This document shows, one piece after another, positions 26,764-44,759 of a stretch of DNA of 64,000 bases; the first letter of the stretch is position 1; each line of letters begins with the position of its first letter. Source of the stretch: Chrysomallon squamiferum (Eukaryota > Animalia > Mollusca); contig CM022674.1 in NCBI GenBank assembly GCA_012295275.1, forward strand, positions 10,168,001 through 10,232,000. The letters run 5' to 3'. The notes beneath the pieces were generated by a model. The model was not told the origin of the DNA. It was given only the letters and a program-made list of their open reading frames with translations, and searched no databases. The translations under genes and the position numbers were made by a program.

Positions 26764-29700
26764 ATTAATTTAAGCCAGTAAATTCCTAATTATTTATTAT
26801 TTAAACTTTCTTTCAACTAAAATCAATAATACTTTTTTAACACATCAGTCAACACTGTTAATCTGGAGTAGTCAAATTACTAATTTGGGTTGTGTTATCA
26901 TTGTGCTGAATTAGTTACATTGTTATCGATTTTATTCAACATAATTAAATAATGCAACAACAAAATCATTAATAAAACTTTATTATTATTATATTATTAT
27001 TTCTTTTTTTTTTTGCACTTGAATTTCAACACGTTAAAACTTGTTTATAAATTTAAATAACCCAAATTAACATTGTGTAAAATTGACTTCAAAATATAGT
27101 TATAAGTTTGTTTACATTGACAGCAGAATCTGACTAAAACTAAACAAACCAAAACAAAGAAGTTACATGATGATAGAAAGTTTATTAAACTAAATACATA
27201 CAAAAACTGTTACATGTACCTCTACAATAAACCATCCAGTCCAGAAACTTACATGCATGTCAAATATGTCATTATTTTTTATTTATATATTTTACATGCT
27301 TAAATAATAATAGATAATTAGCATTGTGAAATTAAGGCAAGAAAAAAAAAGGAAAAAAAGAAGAAAAATCAACAGAAAGAAAAAAATAACAAAAAAAACA
27401 AATTTAAAAATGTACGCATTAATACTATGCAATAAATGATTTACAGAATTTTATTTACAATTTTTCACTCAGCATTAAGACCAGAAGTATTAAAAGAAAA
27501 AAAAATCATGCATGTATTTCTAGCCTTCAAAGCAAGCTAAATTAAATATCCTCATGATAAAAGGATTAATAAATGTATGAAGTAAAGTTATTAAAATATA
27601 TTGATTAAATATAATAAATTTATTATATGCAATGACTGTACAAAATTTAAGTTGTCACAATAAAATTATCAAACTTACAGCATTCACAATTGGCTATACG
27701 TAATCAATTCTGCTGAATTTGTTTTATTTTTAATGTTGAGTTGTTTTATTTTAAAAATTCAAAAGAAGTAACATTAAAAGAATAAAGAAAATAATAAAAT
27801 TATGTAGAACCTGCATGACTACATGAAATTTGTTGACAACTAAACAGTTTTTATTATCTTTAAATTTGTTGTTTACTCAGCAGTAGAAATCACAGTAAAT
27901 AAATGTAAAAAAATAACCATAAAAGTTTGAATTCATGACAAATTGAAAAATGATAGTTGGTTGATTCTACAGTATTTCTTTATAAAAAATATTTTTGTTC
28001 ATTTACGTATGCAGTTTGATGATAAAACACTAATGTAAACTAATTTAAATATCAATGAGGAAGGCGGCTAGAATATTTTGATATTTATGTTTATTTTGTT
28101 CTATTGTTTTCATCCTTTTATAGTAATATTTAATCATTGTCAATTCTATTAATTACAATCTGTATGGTGGGTTTACTGAATACAGAATATTATTATACTA
28201 TTAATGCCTAAACTAAATAATTACAAATACCTCAACATACATTGATAAAAAAGATTAGTAAGTAGTTGAAAACATGATTTATAACCTTTATTTCAGCTCT
28301 AAGCACAGTGAAAAAATATACAGTACAAAAAAAGGCAGATAATTTTTGTTTAATAATAATAAAAAAATCAATATATAATATTAAAATAAAGATTAAAAAA
28401 GAAAGAAAGAGAAGTGCTATTTTGGAACAAAAATACTGTGCAGCAAAACTGAAGTAAACAGAACTTAAATTAATAACTGAAATAATAATATGTAACGAGG
28501 GGATGTTACTGGTGGTAACTCAACCCACATTTCTATACCAGAGATCAGCTGCAGGTTTTAATTATGATTTACATTTTTTGTTTTTACTTTAATTTGAAAA
28601 CATAATCATAGTCTCTATCCAACCTCTTTAACTGTACTCTGCTCTAGAATTTAAATGGTAATTTATTATAATTTTTTTACTGAAATCATGTTCATATCCA
28701 ATTTTAATTTTTTTTTTTTTAAATTAGCAAAGATATTCCAACATAAAGTTGGATATATCTTAATTTATTAAAAAGGGACAAAATTTTAATACATCACAAA
28801 ATAAGATGTGACTTTGTTTTTTAAACATTATTATGCAGACATGCACTACAAGAAACAATGAGAAATATGAAAACATGGCAATATTAGATAAAACAAACAC
28901 CGAAAATGAAAATATATATATATATATATATATATATTTTTTAAATACAGTTTTACAAGAACCAAGGCAATTGGTCATGGAAAGAAATTTAGATTTAAAA
29001 CCAATATTTCTACTGTCTTCTAAATAAGGCTAGAATGACTGATTTTGATGTTAATCCAACTTTTGCAAAGAAATAATCCTACCCCCCCTCCCCTTGAAAA
29101 AATATTTTCTGTACTTTTACTTCACTCTCAATTCCAATGTATATATATATTAACTTAACAATTTATTCATTATGTCAGGTTGAGTAATGGATACTTATCA
29201 CCCTGTAAGACAAATAAATACTCAAAATGTTTTATACAAATGTTCTCGAGAAATAATGCCAGTAGTCTTTGCAAACAAAAGAAACACGTATGGCTACTTG
29301 ATTAACAGATCAGGCAAAATAAATTAACAAAAATATTACATTTGATCAGACTTTAAATAGTTTTAAATAAAAATAATTAAATAAATTAAACATAAAAGGT
29401 AAATTAATAATGAAATGGTATATCATCTAGGTCTTTTACATCATCTTCATAAAAACAACAATAAAGAAACAAAACATGTCCCCAAAATCTAAATTCTGAT
29501 GATATTCCAACAAACTAAAGATTAAAAAGTATTATTTGTAACTGAATAGTCACTGTTACTTAACACCTATATCCCATACAAATGAAGATAGATAAGAGCT
29601 GTTTTTATTGCCTACTAATAACTCTTGCTGTTTGTATCATTTAATATGTTGTTGTTGATTAAAAAAATATTTCCTATCATTAAAGATCAGCAATGATTAA

Positions 29701-30194
29701 CCATTGAGCAAATGGAATAATTTATCTAATATGAAATATACTTTGTTTCTGTGCTTAAGTAATGTATAAGCTAGTGCAATTTGGGGTACTCTTTTTGTAT
29801 GAATAGTAGTAGCTGGCATAACTTTTATTATTATTTGCCAAGCTTTGAAATATGAATTTTAAATATTTGTTAATAAAACGCCAGTCTGCAATGGTCATAC
29901 CATTGTCTGAAATTTATATTTCTTTTCACCCCAAGTTTATAATTCTTGTGAAAAGAGACCAATATAGAGAACTTTCAGCTCACTTTTATTTCGTAAATTG
30001 ATAAACTACAAACTACATTATATCCATAATGTTTTGCTTACCCACCGCCTTATAAATTCTTTACTGTTTTTTAATGATTTTGTAAAAATAAAATTATGGT
30101 TATATATATATGTAGTATATACCCCTAATTTTATTTATTCAGTTTTCAGAATATCAACAGTTCAGTGACATATACAGGTAATATGATAAGCCCA

Positions 30195-32548
<2,354 letters not shown>

Positions 32549-33481
32549 TCAGCCTGAGAAATGAAATAAAATATTAAAATCTATTAGTAACATATCTCTA
32601 ATCTAATCCAGACATCTTGAAAACTATTTCTGATTTGGACGGCAGTGTATTTAAGATATTTAATCCATATGCATTATTCAATTTACCGTAGAACAGAGTA
32701 TCAGTGTTTAGCTTTTGCGTTAGGAATATTTTGAAACTTTGAAAAAAAAAAATCTGAAAGTTTTTAATGATCAATAAATATACAAACTCATTTAAAACAA
32801 ACTGAAATGGAAATAATAATTATTCACTTTGAAACAAATTTTAATAAATTTTATACAACTTTTCAATAACAAAAATAGTAAACCTCTGCTGTTCATAATA
32901 ATTTTCATTTGTGATTAATAACACGAAATCTATTGTTATATTTTTTTAAAAATGTGCACATAAATTCTAAAAAATAATAAATATTTAAAATAGAAAAATA
33001 ATAATAACTGCAGATAAATGATATTTTTGAATATGAAATTTAACTTATAAAAAAATATACAATTGTGTTATGTCAATCAAGTTACAATTAAATTAAAAAA
33101 CGCAGATCTGACAGATCGGAAATCTAAGAAATGTGTTAGAATGAGGGTGAGGGTCACGGAAAAGGTAGCAAAGAATCTTATAACAACGAATGCATGTTAC
33201 TTTTTTTAATAGGAAAAAGAATATAGAAAAAGTATTAAAAAATCAACATAATTATAAAATAACTCTGAAATTACTTTATAACATACAATGGAAAAATAAT
33301 AATAAACTATCCTTAAACCGGCAAATTGGCGGCCATATTTGATCCAATTTACAGGCTTGGCATTAGAAATGACAATTGCGACTGTACATAACTCATATAA
33401 CGTTTGCTAAATAATATTTTGTATTAGTAGCCTAATAGTCTGTTTTAACTCGCTAACACAATGTTACAAAACAAATCTTAC

Positions 33482-33590
33482 CAAATCTGTTACTTTTGGG
33501 CGTAGTTTGAAAGACGATAACGAGTTTTCTGCACCTCACTGAAGAAAAGGAAGTTAACTGAACTGAAAAACCGGAAGTGTGACGTATAAA
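33482..33590 (-). promoter_or_regulatory. Cdc42 non-coding first exon and core promoter
   Basis: Minus-strand donor gtaaga at 33481 pairs with the acceptor at 32554. ETS motif CCGGAAGT at 33571-33578 sits next to a TGACGT CRE half-site, with local CpG retention. Confidence 0.6.
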
Positions 33591-34202
33591 TTTAAAAATA
33601 GATTATAAATCTAGGTCAAATTAGAAGGGATGAATTTTCCAGAAAAAAAAAAAATATAAATAATAATAATAATAATAATAATAATATAAAATGATATGAA
33701 AAAAAAAAAAAAAAAAAATCCTTCAATACAAACTCACCCAAAATAAATCTGTTTTAAATATCAATGTGATAAATTAATAAATGTTTAACATAGCTTATTT
33801 AGTTATACTTTTATTTATTTATTTGTTACCATTTACATAACTGATGTTATGTGGTTGTTTACAATTAAACTAAGAACCTAAATTCACTTTATTTATGCTT
33901 CTGTATAATTAACCCACGACTTAATAGTTATATATATATTATTTAAAAACCACTGTTTTTCTTTCTTTTTTCATTATTATTATTTTATATTATTGATAAA
34001 TGATAATAATAATTATTGCCTTTTCAAACGCAGATTTTTTTTTTTTTTTTATGTAACAACAAATAAAAATATTAAATAAAATAATTAATATTTAAAAAAA
34101 CAAAATTACAGCAAACTCTAAAATTCTATTAAAAAATAACAATTGATACAGCTGAAGCAACAAAACAGTAATAAGATTATTAGTGTTGTATATTGTTTAA
34201 GA

Positions 34203-34208
34203 TATTAC

Positions 34209-34266
<58 letters not shown>
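34203..34266 (+). repeat. (TTA)n microsatellite
   Basis: Read directly from the sequence. Confidence 0.95.
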
Positions 34267-37200
34267 GACCTTGAATGAAAAGCTTTTGAACTCTTTATTA
34301 AATTAGGACTATAAATAGAAAAATATTAAATATTTTTTTAGGTGCTTGAAAGTTATACATAATATGGTATAAAACATAATAATTTTAAGAAATAAGTTAC
34401 TTATCACGTTTAATGCAAGTAGCTTGTTTAAGACTGGTTTTAATACTATTTTAAAGACAGTGATGAACACATCTAAAAATAGATTTGTTTTATTTGTGTG
34501 TAACAGCCATTTTCAGAATACCAGTGTATTAAAGGTATATACCATTAATAGGTCAAGGTACTAACTTACTAATTTTTATTGAAATAAATACTTTTAATTA
34601 TGATCTGTATTTGTGTGTGTGGGCATTTATTGTAGAAATATTTCTGTATTTATTTACTTTTATTTTAATATTAATTTTGTTTGTAGGTAGATTTATATTT
34701 TTCTAATGTTAAAAATCTGACATCAGTGTAAATCATTAAATGGCACATTATGAATCCTCAGACATCAGTCCTAGCATTAGAATTCTTTTTTCACTTATTG
34801 ATATAAGTTCACAATTTTTTAAATGCTAATCCTCTTAATTTCTGTGTATGTTGCGTAAAATATGAAAAACTAACCTCCTGTTTGAAAGTCTTTATTCCAA
34901 TGAACCTTTATTTTCACCAGCTAACTAACAAATGCCTTTTGCACTACATAGGAAGAGTGAGCAAGATCTCATTCCATCATCAAACAAACTGTTAATGAGA
35001 AACTTAGGCCTGCTATATGAAGTAATTATAGTTGACTTTTTGTTAACTTTTAAACTCTCCATCTTAAGATAAGAAGCCAAAACCTCAGTCAAGCCTTTTC
35101 AAGATTTAGTTTTGTTTTTACTCATCATTTGATTCAACACTTCATCAACCATGCCCCACTACGAAGTCCAACAACGGGACCATTTGTTGCAGATAAAACA
35201 GCAGACATTCATGCCAGGGATATGTGACTAATATATTGTGTAGCTCATAAGTGATTTTCCTAGCCACTGCCTGAGGAACAAATATTAAGAATTAATTTAC
35301 AAACATTTCCTGTAAGATATAAACCACACATGTGTGTGTGTGTGTGTGTTTGTGTATATTCGATACATATTCATTACCTATATATATGAATGTATATATG
35401 CATGTATATATATCTCTGTATGTATGTATGCATTATGTTTGTATATACATATATACGGTCCCTAACATCTTTAACAATTTTTAATGAGGACTGGAAAGGT
35501 TGTAAGACGAAACTGCTAGAAGGTTAACTTTATATAAGATTTAAAAAAAAGTCATACAAATTATTATTAAATAATTTATACTTCATCAGAGACAAAATGC
35601 TGACAGCCAATTTACAAAATTTTGCAAACAAAAATATACATACATTTTGTTACAAGATAATTTCTTGCCATTTTTATTTTGCACCTCATAAAGGAATAAA
35701 TCTATAATACATTCCTGATCATAGTAAAGGATTTTTACATCATTCTTTTCAAAATCTCAATTTTCTTGATACTAATCTTAAAATGATAATAATAAAAATA
35801 AAAATAACAACAATAATAGTAACAGTAATAATAATAACAATACTAATACTAATACTACTAATAATAATAATGACAAAAATAATTATAACAATTTAGTTAT
35901 AAAAAAATTGAAATTTAAAAACAAAAATAAAAGAATATTGATAAATGAAGCATACTGGATAGGATTATTATTTTTTTTTTTTTTTTTTGAAGTAATTTCT
36001 TTGAAAAAAAAAAAATGTTTATAACTTTCTCAGGTTTGACAATTCTTACAAGCTTGACATTTGCTTTAATAACAGTATAAAACAGAATGCAACAAGCAAC
36101 AAACAACAAACTATTACACTAACAGAGAGAAACAACACTTTAAACAAATTTTGAATAAAGAAATTACCTTTGGTGTTCACCATAATTCAGTCTGAAACAA
36201 GTGTTCTACTAGCATCCATTTTAATCCTCATTATCATGATGTGTAAACTAAATTAAGAATCTTGCCAATTAGACAAAAACATTTTGAATCATACCAGCAG
36301 AATAAGATGTATGCTAACTTTCTACTTAAAAAAAAATACCAGTCAGCAAGTTTCATTTCACAGTTTTAAAGTGGCAACTTCTTTTCCAGCCCACCTCAGG
36401 TGCAGGATGCACACTTGTTTTGCCTCTGCTCATGTTATAAATGAAAATATTGTCATTCAGTGTAAACTTGTAATGTTTGAATCCACATTTAAAGAATTCA
36501 TCATCACCTCAGGCTTGCCCTCTTCCTTTATCCAAGATGAACACATAAAATGAAGAAAACCACTGGCTGAATGACAGATTAAGAAGTAACATCTACATAA
36601 AATTTAGAAATATTAAAAACAATTTGTCAAACATTTTGGTGTTTTTTTCAATTAAAAAAAAATATATAAAAAATTACAAATAGAAATCTGTGGTTAAAAA
36701 AGAAGCATGACAAAAACTATCTATCCACATTAACTGAGATTAGTCAAAACAAAACTGAATACTGAAATTGCAAAAGAAAGCTAGGAAATCCAAATCCAAC
36801 AAAACTGGAATGCTTATTTTAATAAATTAGGCATACATCTAGTTATTTTTAAATTAAAAAAAATATAAAATAAAAAAAGAAAGAATTTAAATTTAAATTA
36901 AAAAAATTTTTACAAAATAAAATTTGTTATTTTGTCAATATACCAGTTTTATTGTTACAAAAAGCCTGTCATGTTATCTTAGTCTAGAAATTCTAGTCAT
37001 TTAAAAAACATACTTTGATTTACATTTTTTCAATTATAATGTTTTTTAGAACATAATTTAGAATGATTGTTTTTCTTTGAAACAATGAAAATGATGTTAT
37101 TTGCTTCATGGGATATTATTATACTGTTATTATCATTTCTTTCTTAAAATTTATAGATTTAATCGTCAGGATATTTGTGAGCATAATTTCTATATTTGTT

Positions 37201-39536
37201 ATTTAACATAGGTAAGATAAAACAAAATATATAAAAAGATTATTTAAAGAAAATAATAATAAAATATATGTAATTAATCTGATATGAAAACATACAGTTG
37301 ATTTATTTACTTAACAAAAACCTTTTTTATTAATCAAAATATTAGTATATAATTTAATTTAGATGTGGATAGTTCTGAAAAACATTAATATTAAACACAT
37401 TTTTACCTGTAAAACTTAATATTGCGTTAAGACTAATTTTTCTTATCAACAAAATAATAATAATAAAAAATAATTAAAAAATTAAAATTAAAAATAAATA
37501 ATAAACTAACAAATAAAAATTAAATAAATTAATTTATATAAAAGATTTTAAAAATTATAAATCAGTAATAATATATGTGTATAATACTAGTATTAGATTG
37601 TATTAGATATTCTTTTTTTATCCTTTTATTGCTTTCTCTGATTTTCTTCTCCTTTCTTTAAAAGAACAACAAACAAAAACAAAATATGAAGAAAAAAAGG
37701 AACAAAACCTTCTTAAAATTTTGTAGCTTAAATAGTTGCTTGCTACCACAAACAGTACCCTGACAGATATACTCAAACTCACAGAATACAATTTAAAAAC
37801 TAATTAATTAAGTTTATATTTGGTTCTTCAGTTAAAAAACAAAAAGAAAAATCTGAATCCTTATATTAAAATCATATGCTTTCATGATAAAACATGTATT
37901 CTCCAAAATAGTTGTGAAGAAAAAAGTTATTTCTTGTGTGATTCATCATAATTTAAATTTACAACATTTAAACTATTGACACTATTTTTGGAAGGACTAA
38001 TTTACTGAAGTATAAATTAAGACGGAATGAGAATACACATTTAAGGATGGACGGACATGTCTGTCCTATAAGTTTCTTTCAAATAGTGGGCACTGGACAT
38101 ATTGATATCAATGTGCTTATGATTGTAGCTTTTATTTAATTCAAATTTGATTGCCAAGGTCAACTGTAAGCTTACCTCTTTCATTAGTCTACAAAAACAT
38201 TAAATGCAATAACAGAAATGTTATTTCACTTTGGACCAAAGCCAAAATTTATGTATAGTTAATTTTATCAGCAAAAAATCAACAAACCTTTTATCTATGA
38301 ATGACATTCACAAAATCTTATCAGTGCTAAAATAGTACAGTACATTTTTAAGTATGACATATTAAATACTATATTAAAATATTTTAATCAAGTAAAAAAC
38401 ATGAAGGTATCAAAAAAAAAAAAAATTAGTATTTTTGTTATTTGTAAATTTTTTAAATTTTGTTTATTAGTATTAAAATATTCATAAAAGAATTATTACA
38501 CAAACAACACAGCTTTGTTTATTAATAATGTTCTTATTAAATCTATTTATTTACAAAAAAAACATCAAGTACAATTAAAATCAGCCAGAATTATAATATA
38601 AAAAATGTTCTCTTTTTTGCCATAAAATACATCAAAATTAACAACACACTTTAAATTCTTTTTTCTGGCTTGGTTAATGAAAAAATATTTTTAAAATTGA
38701 TAACACCATTCAATAATGTATAAATATTTATAAATATTATTTATTAAAGTAACAAATCTAAAAATAATAATAATAAAAATAAAATAAAACAAAATGTATA
38801 TTAGGTACAGAAAGAAATATGTTGCATCTTGCACATTCATAAACAATATTTCAACAATTACATATATACAAATTAAAATATAACATTTATATCACAATCA
38901 CCTCCCTTCAAATTAGCCATTTGAATAGACTCGTCATTAAGGTTCAAACACTCCAAGTTTAACTACAAATTAACTGTGAAAAATAGTAAATGTATTCAAC
39001 AAGTAACATATTTTAAGACAATTCTTATATATATATATAGAGTGACAGGAAAGATGCCAGTTACATTTTACACATTTTACTTTTTCAGAGAATTTATTTT
39101 ATTTAGCATACATTTAGAGTTATTTTACACAGATAATATTTATTGAAAACAGATTTTTGAAAAGATACAATCATTTTAACTAACTGTATTAAATAAAGAT
39201 TAAACTGAAGAGGGAAGCAAAATATATACAGTGTAAGTTTATCAAAAAAAACACACAAATATATTATATTAGAGATGAATATAAACTCATCTGAAATTTT
39301 CGAAATAGTATTAATCCTTTAACAATCACATTTATAATTGTGAATTTTTAAAATTACTGCAAACATTTATTTATTTTATAAATTAACTGAATGTGAATGA
39401 ACAGCTTATGACATTTCAATAAGAAAAACCTAATATAAAAGTAAAAAAATGTAGATAAAGAAACCATAATTATCTGATTACAGAACTATCAGTTATTAGT
39501 ATTGTTTTCAGGATTAATGTTCTGTCTCTCTGTCTC

Positions 39537-39632
<96 letters not shown>
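39537..39632 (+). repeat. (TG)n microsatellite
   Basis: Read directly from the sequence; source of the spurious HTHT ORF. Confidence 0.95.
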
Positions 39633-39633
<1 letters not shown>

Positions 39634-41426
39634 GTATCTAGATCTTTGGTAAGTAAATTTTTTAGGTGTCAGAAATAAGCAATAACCACTATGGATCCCA
39701 GTGTACCATGATACTTTACCTGACACAGGCTATTTTTCTAAAATTAATTATATATAAAAAAAAATTAAAAAGAAGATTATGTGACCAGCCAAGAAGGTAA
39801 CATAATTATGCTATGCTTTTTTCATTATCACATGCAACTGAACCAGAGTTAACATGAACTTCCAGACTGGCTTCAATTTGTTTTTAAAAAAATCACAAAA
39901 CCCAATAAAAAAACAAACACAGTACATAACCAGCCATGATTGTAACTATGGTTTCAATACAATTAACAATTATGATTAAGAATTTTCTGCTTAAGACTAG
40001 CTCAGTTTTCAAAATTATACAAATCTGTCAATAAACCATTATAAAAAAGTTTTGTGAAACCATCCATGCAGGAAACTGTCAATTTAAATTATTTTACGTA
40101 ACTTAACCAAGGTTAACTGGAATCATAGACTTTATCTATAGCTTAGCTTAAAAGATGAAATTATTTTAAAAATCCAGGTCAAAACATGCAACTAAACCAT
40201 TAACAAGTGATTACCAGGAACCAATCATTTGTCAATATATTATTATGTCAACAAAAATCAATCTAACTGTAACATCTTTTACCTTGCAATTAGTTCTATT
40301 ATATCCAGATAAATAAATTTATCTAAAAAGTATACAATCTTTGGAAATTTGATTACCAGTAATCATCTTAAAAAAAAAATCACTGTCATTAACAACATTC
40401 ATTGAAAGACAGATAATCCAGATCTGTAAAAAGGTTAGCTCTAGCTCCAAGCAATTTTATGTCATTTTAACAATGTTAACAATTGTTTAAATCTTCAGAG
40501 AAATGGCAAACAGTAACCAGCTAACATGTAATTTAACTGCAGTTTAATTATTTTTATAATACCTATGAAATGCTCACTGTCCATTTTGGAAATCACTGCA
40601 TTAGAACAAAAATATTTATTTCAAATTAACTATCTTTACAATTAGTAGGACAAGCAATTAGTTGTAAATTATTTATTTTATAATATTGGCATTGTAAAGT
40701 TTAGTATGTTTTATCTAATATTTTGTTTCATAAAATACTGATCATTCAATAATTGTTCATGCTTCTCCATTTTCAAAATGATTTGTTAAATTACATTCTA
40801 TCTCAGTTTTAATCAAAACAATAACATTGTTTATCTTTCTTACCATTTTTTAAAATTATTATTTGCCTGTTATATATATAATAAAATAATAAAATGGATC
40901 TGAAAAATGTGGTGTCAACACCAGTTTCTTAAGCATGCAGTTAAAAATTCATATATCAGTCTGTAACAGTGAAACAAATATTATTATATCAGGTTTATAT
41001 ATCTATAAGTATATATATAAAAAGGTCACGATAGAAATACGTTTTCTAAACTCAATTACTAATAATGTGAAATATATACCATAGTAAAATAACAAATTAG
41101 ATATGTTATTACTTCAATAAATTAATTTTCAACTACTTCTCATTCCTAGATATCACCTTTGTTTTTAATCATCTGTCATTCTTTTTATAACACCTTGATA
41201 AAATTAATATATATGAAAAACAGATTTAAAAAGAAATAATCCATATATACACTGCTTATTACAGAAGTGCCATCATACAATATTTAATTTCTAGTAACTG
41301 TTTCAAACTTAACATCAACACAAAGAGAGATAATTCAACTCTCTGACACAAAATAAAAAAACAAAAAACAAAACAAAAACAAAAACAACAGATGACTGGA
41401 CAGAGTGTAAAAAAACAAATCTAGTT

Positions 41427-44400
41427 TCATCTTCTTCCTGTAGACTTTGTGTCGACTGTTCCAATATTCTGATAAATTTTGGAGGAATCTTCTTGAGGTA
41501 CACTGAATACAGAAAACAAAAGAAAGATGTAGTAGTATACTAGTTACAAATCATTAGTCAGAACTTAGTTCATTCATTTGTTTATGAAATATTACTCACC
41601 ATTTTTTATTCTGCTTGACTTATAGAACATCCAGACAACATACACAGTAATGAAATGATCTGTGTTTTTTAAATTATGTTTATCAATCAAATTTAATTTC
41701 TTTATTTATTATTGTTACTTTTTTATATTTTATTTTATTTATTTATCGATATTATCTTCCTTATTATTATTTTTTTCTTTGTCATGTGTATTGACAAATA
41801 TAAGAGTACATTTAAATTCACTCTTTCATACACTCTCACTCACTGATTTCTGCCCTCCTCTCTCAATGCATACTCATATATATACAGATAAATCCATCAC
41901 AAACATACACACACAGGTAAACAATAAAATAACCCAAACATTTCATTTTACTTACGCAGGTACAGCTCTATCCGACAAATTGACTTTAGGGGCTGCTGCA
42001 GCAGGAAAAGAATTTGGGGGAAGAGCATTTCTAGCACGGGCGGGGTTTTCCTGTCCAGTAGCATACTTGATGTTGGTATATTCCCTCCCAGCAACCTGAC
42101 TCATCTGTTCTGCCTGGCGTCTTCGTGTCTCTGTTTCAATGTAGTGGTGAACAGCCATGTACACAAACTTATACTGGGCTTCTGTCTGAACCATGCCAGA
42201 ACGCTGAGACCGAACCATCTGAATTGTCTTCTGTATGTCAATGTCCACATCAAAACCTTAGTAAATAACAAACAACTGCTAATTAAAACAGAACTTTCTG
42301 TCTGTGAAGAGAGGAATATTAAAAAAAAAGATCTTGCTATTAATCAATCAGAAGAGCATGATTAAACTAACAATTGTCTAAGAAATATATTTACCATGCA
42401 ACTTGATTTGATTCAAGATGATGTCAATAACAATGAAAGTTCCTGTTCTCCCAATGCCAGCACTAGAAAAAAAATGAAACAACATATTATCTTTAAATTA
42501 TTATCTCTTTATTTATTTTATTATATATATATATACACACACATACATACATACATTTTTTTTCCCTCCAAATTTATTTGTTTATTTTTTAAAACAAATT
42601 TACATAGACATGTCTCAAATATACCAATTATATACTGCTGATCTTCATGTGAAATGTTGTTAAGTACTAATTTTTTTTTTTTAAATCAGTCTACAAAAAA
42701 AAAAACCAATCATGGATTACTGATGATACAGACATCTTTGTTTTCAGAAATACCTCACCTGCAGTGAACAACAACTGGTCCTGCATCTTTGATGTTGTCC
42801 TGATGCTGATTGGTGACCTGTAAGAAATTCAACACACTGCCTGGGTCGGCAGGAACACCATAGTCTGGCCACGTTTGAAAATGAAACTGGTAGATCTGTC
42901 TCGGTCCCTCCGTCTGATAGGCAAATAATTAAAATTACATAATCATTGTACTATTTTTAAATTATATTTTAAAAAAAGAGGAAAAAGTTAAATATTTTAA
43001 AATTGTAATTTGGGGGGGGATAAAAAAAAATGAATGAAATAATGATTAACAACTTAATTAAGGAGTATATAGATACTGTATTAACTAATGGAGAATTAAT
43101 TATCTTTTTTTAAATATATGCCAGATACATTTAGACACCCTAAGCACTTTGGTGACCTATGTTTACATATTTCAAAATATAAACAATAATAAACTATTAA
43201 ATAAACCATTATTTTTATTACTGAATATATTTAGATATACACACACACATATAGTTTGGCCTACCTTGCCATCAGCATATTCTCGTGAAAGTTCCAGCTT
43301 GCGGATGATGTAGTCTGTTTCAACAGTTTCACTGATAAGTTTCACAATCAGGTTACTCTTGTAAGTTGTGTATGTTTTCACTTTGTTTGTCTCATCCGGC
43401 CAGTAACGAACAGCTTTGTTCTATGTGTAAAAGTCGTATTAAAAAATAATGTTAATTTCTTTTGAACCAATAATTAATTATTACTTTTGAAGAACTAACA
43501 GCTTGGTTCTCTGTGTATAAAAATTAACAAAATAAGTTGATTTATATACCTTGTTTAATTAAAAAAAAAAAAATCTATTAATATTGTTAAATCTAAATCT
43601 GAATCAATAACAAAAGTAATAATATAGCATTACAATTGTATTATTAGTTTTAAATAGATGTAGTATTGCAGATAAATTATTTTGGACTCAGTTTTGATAT
43701 TAACACATCAGCAGACAATTCAGATTTAGGAGTTTTTACAAATTAATTCACAAAAAGTAATGACACATACTTTTCCTCTTTCTACTTCCTTTGTTGTCAT
43801 GACAATGACCCGTGAGTTTTCCTGCCACACCATTCTCCAGAAGTCTACCACTGTGTTCGGAAGACATCCTTGTGTTGCTATATACGTCTTCTTAGGTTCA
43901 GCACTGTCTTCCTCTGACTGTTTTTAAAAATAATTACTTAATTTAATTAAAATATTTATATTTGGGTTTCTTTTTTCTTTTTAATCTGACCACTTTTTCC
44001 CCACACAAATATATGAGTAGGTACATAAATGTAAACATGTCTGTTGCATTAACTGTAAATGCATCATTTTTTGTGTGGGTCAATGTATTTGTACAAAAAT
44101 GTCAATAGGTTGATTTGTAAAACTGTCAACATAAAATTTGAGTTTAATGAACATAGATGTCTATAGGTTTGTAGATAATCGTACATAACTGAACAACTGT
44201 AAAAACTGTACATTGTCCTTATCTTTCTGTGCGTGAGCCCATTTGAATTTAAGAATATGGTACATACTGTAATGAGATTTGCATTGATGTAATCAGCTCC
44301 AACAACATTTGGGTCACCATCTCGCAACACTACACGTGTATGATCAACTGAAATAGGAAACAAAATGTATTTTAACAAATTTTTATCAAATGTAGTCACT

Positions 44401-44724
44401 CACTCACAGCTGAAACACACACACACAAAAGTTTATCAGTAGATTAATAACAGATATTACATTAGACAAAGATGGAGTGAAACTCACATGGTAAAATATT
44501 TTTGTATCTGTTTTTGGTTTTGTTTTCAGGTCTTTGTCCTTCTTTCCGACTGTACAGATGTCGAACCTCCTGCTGTTGAAGTTGCTGAAATAATTAAAGT
44601 ATTTAATTAGTATCTTATAATAAGATAAAACATATTTATTTTAATAATCACACATCCATCCATCCACATGTATACACACACATATAAGTAACACACATAC
44701 ACACACAAATGTACATACATACAT

Positions 44725-44759
<35 letters not shown>

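Noticed and set aside
35152-35232. Small ORF MPHYEVQQRDHLLQIKQQTFMPGICD
   Set aside because: Too short, no recognised homology and no supporting gene structure.
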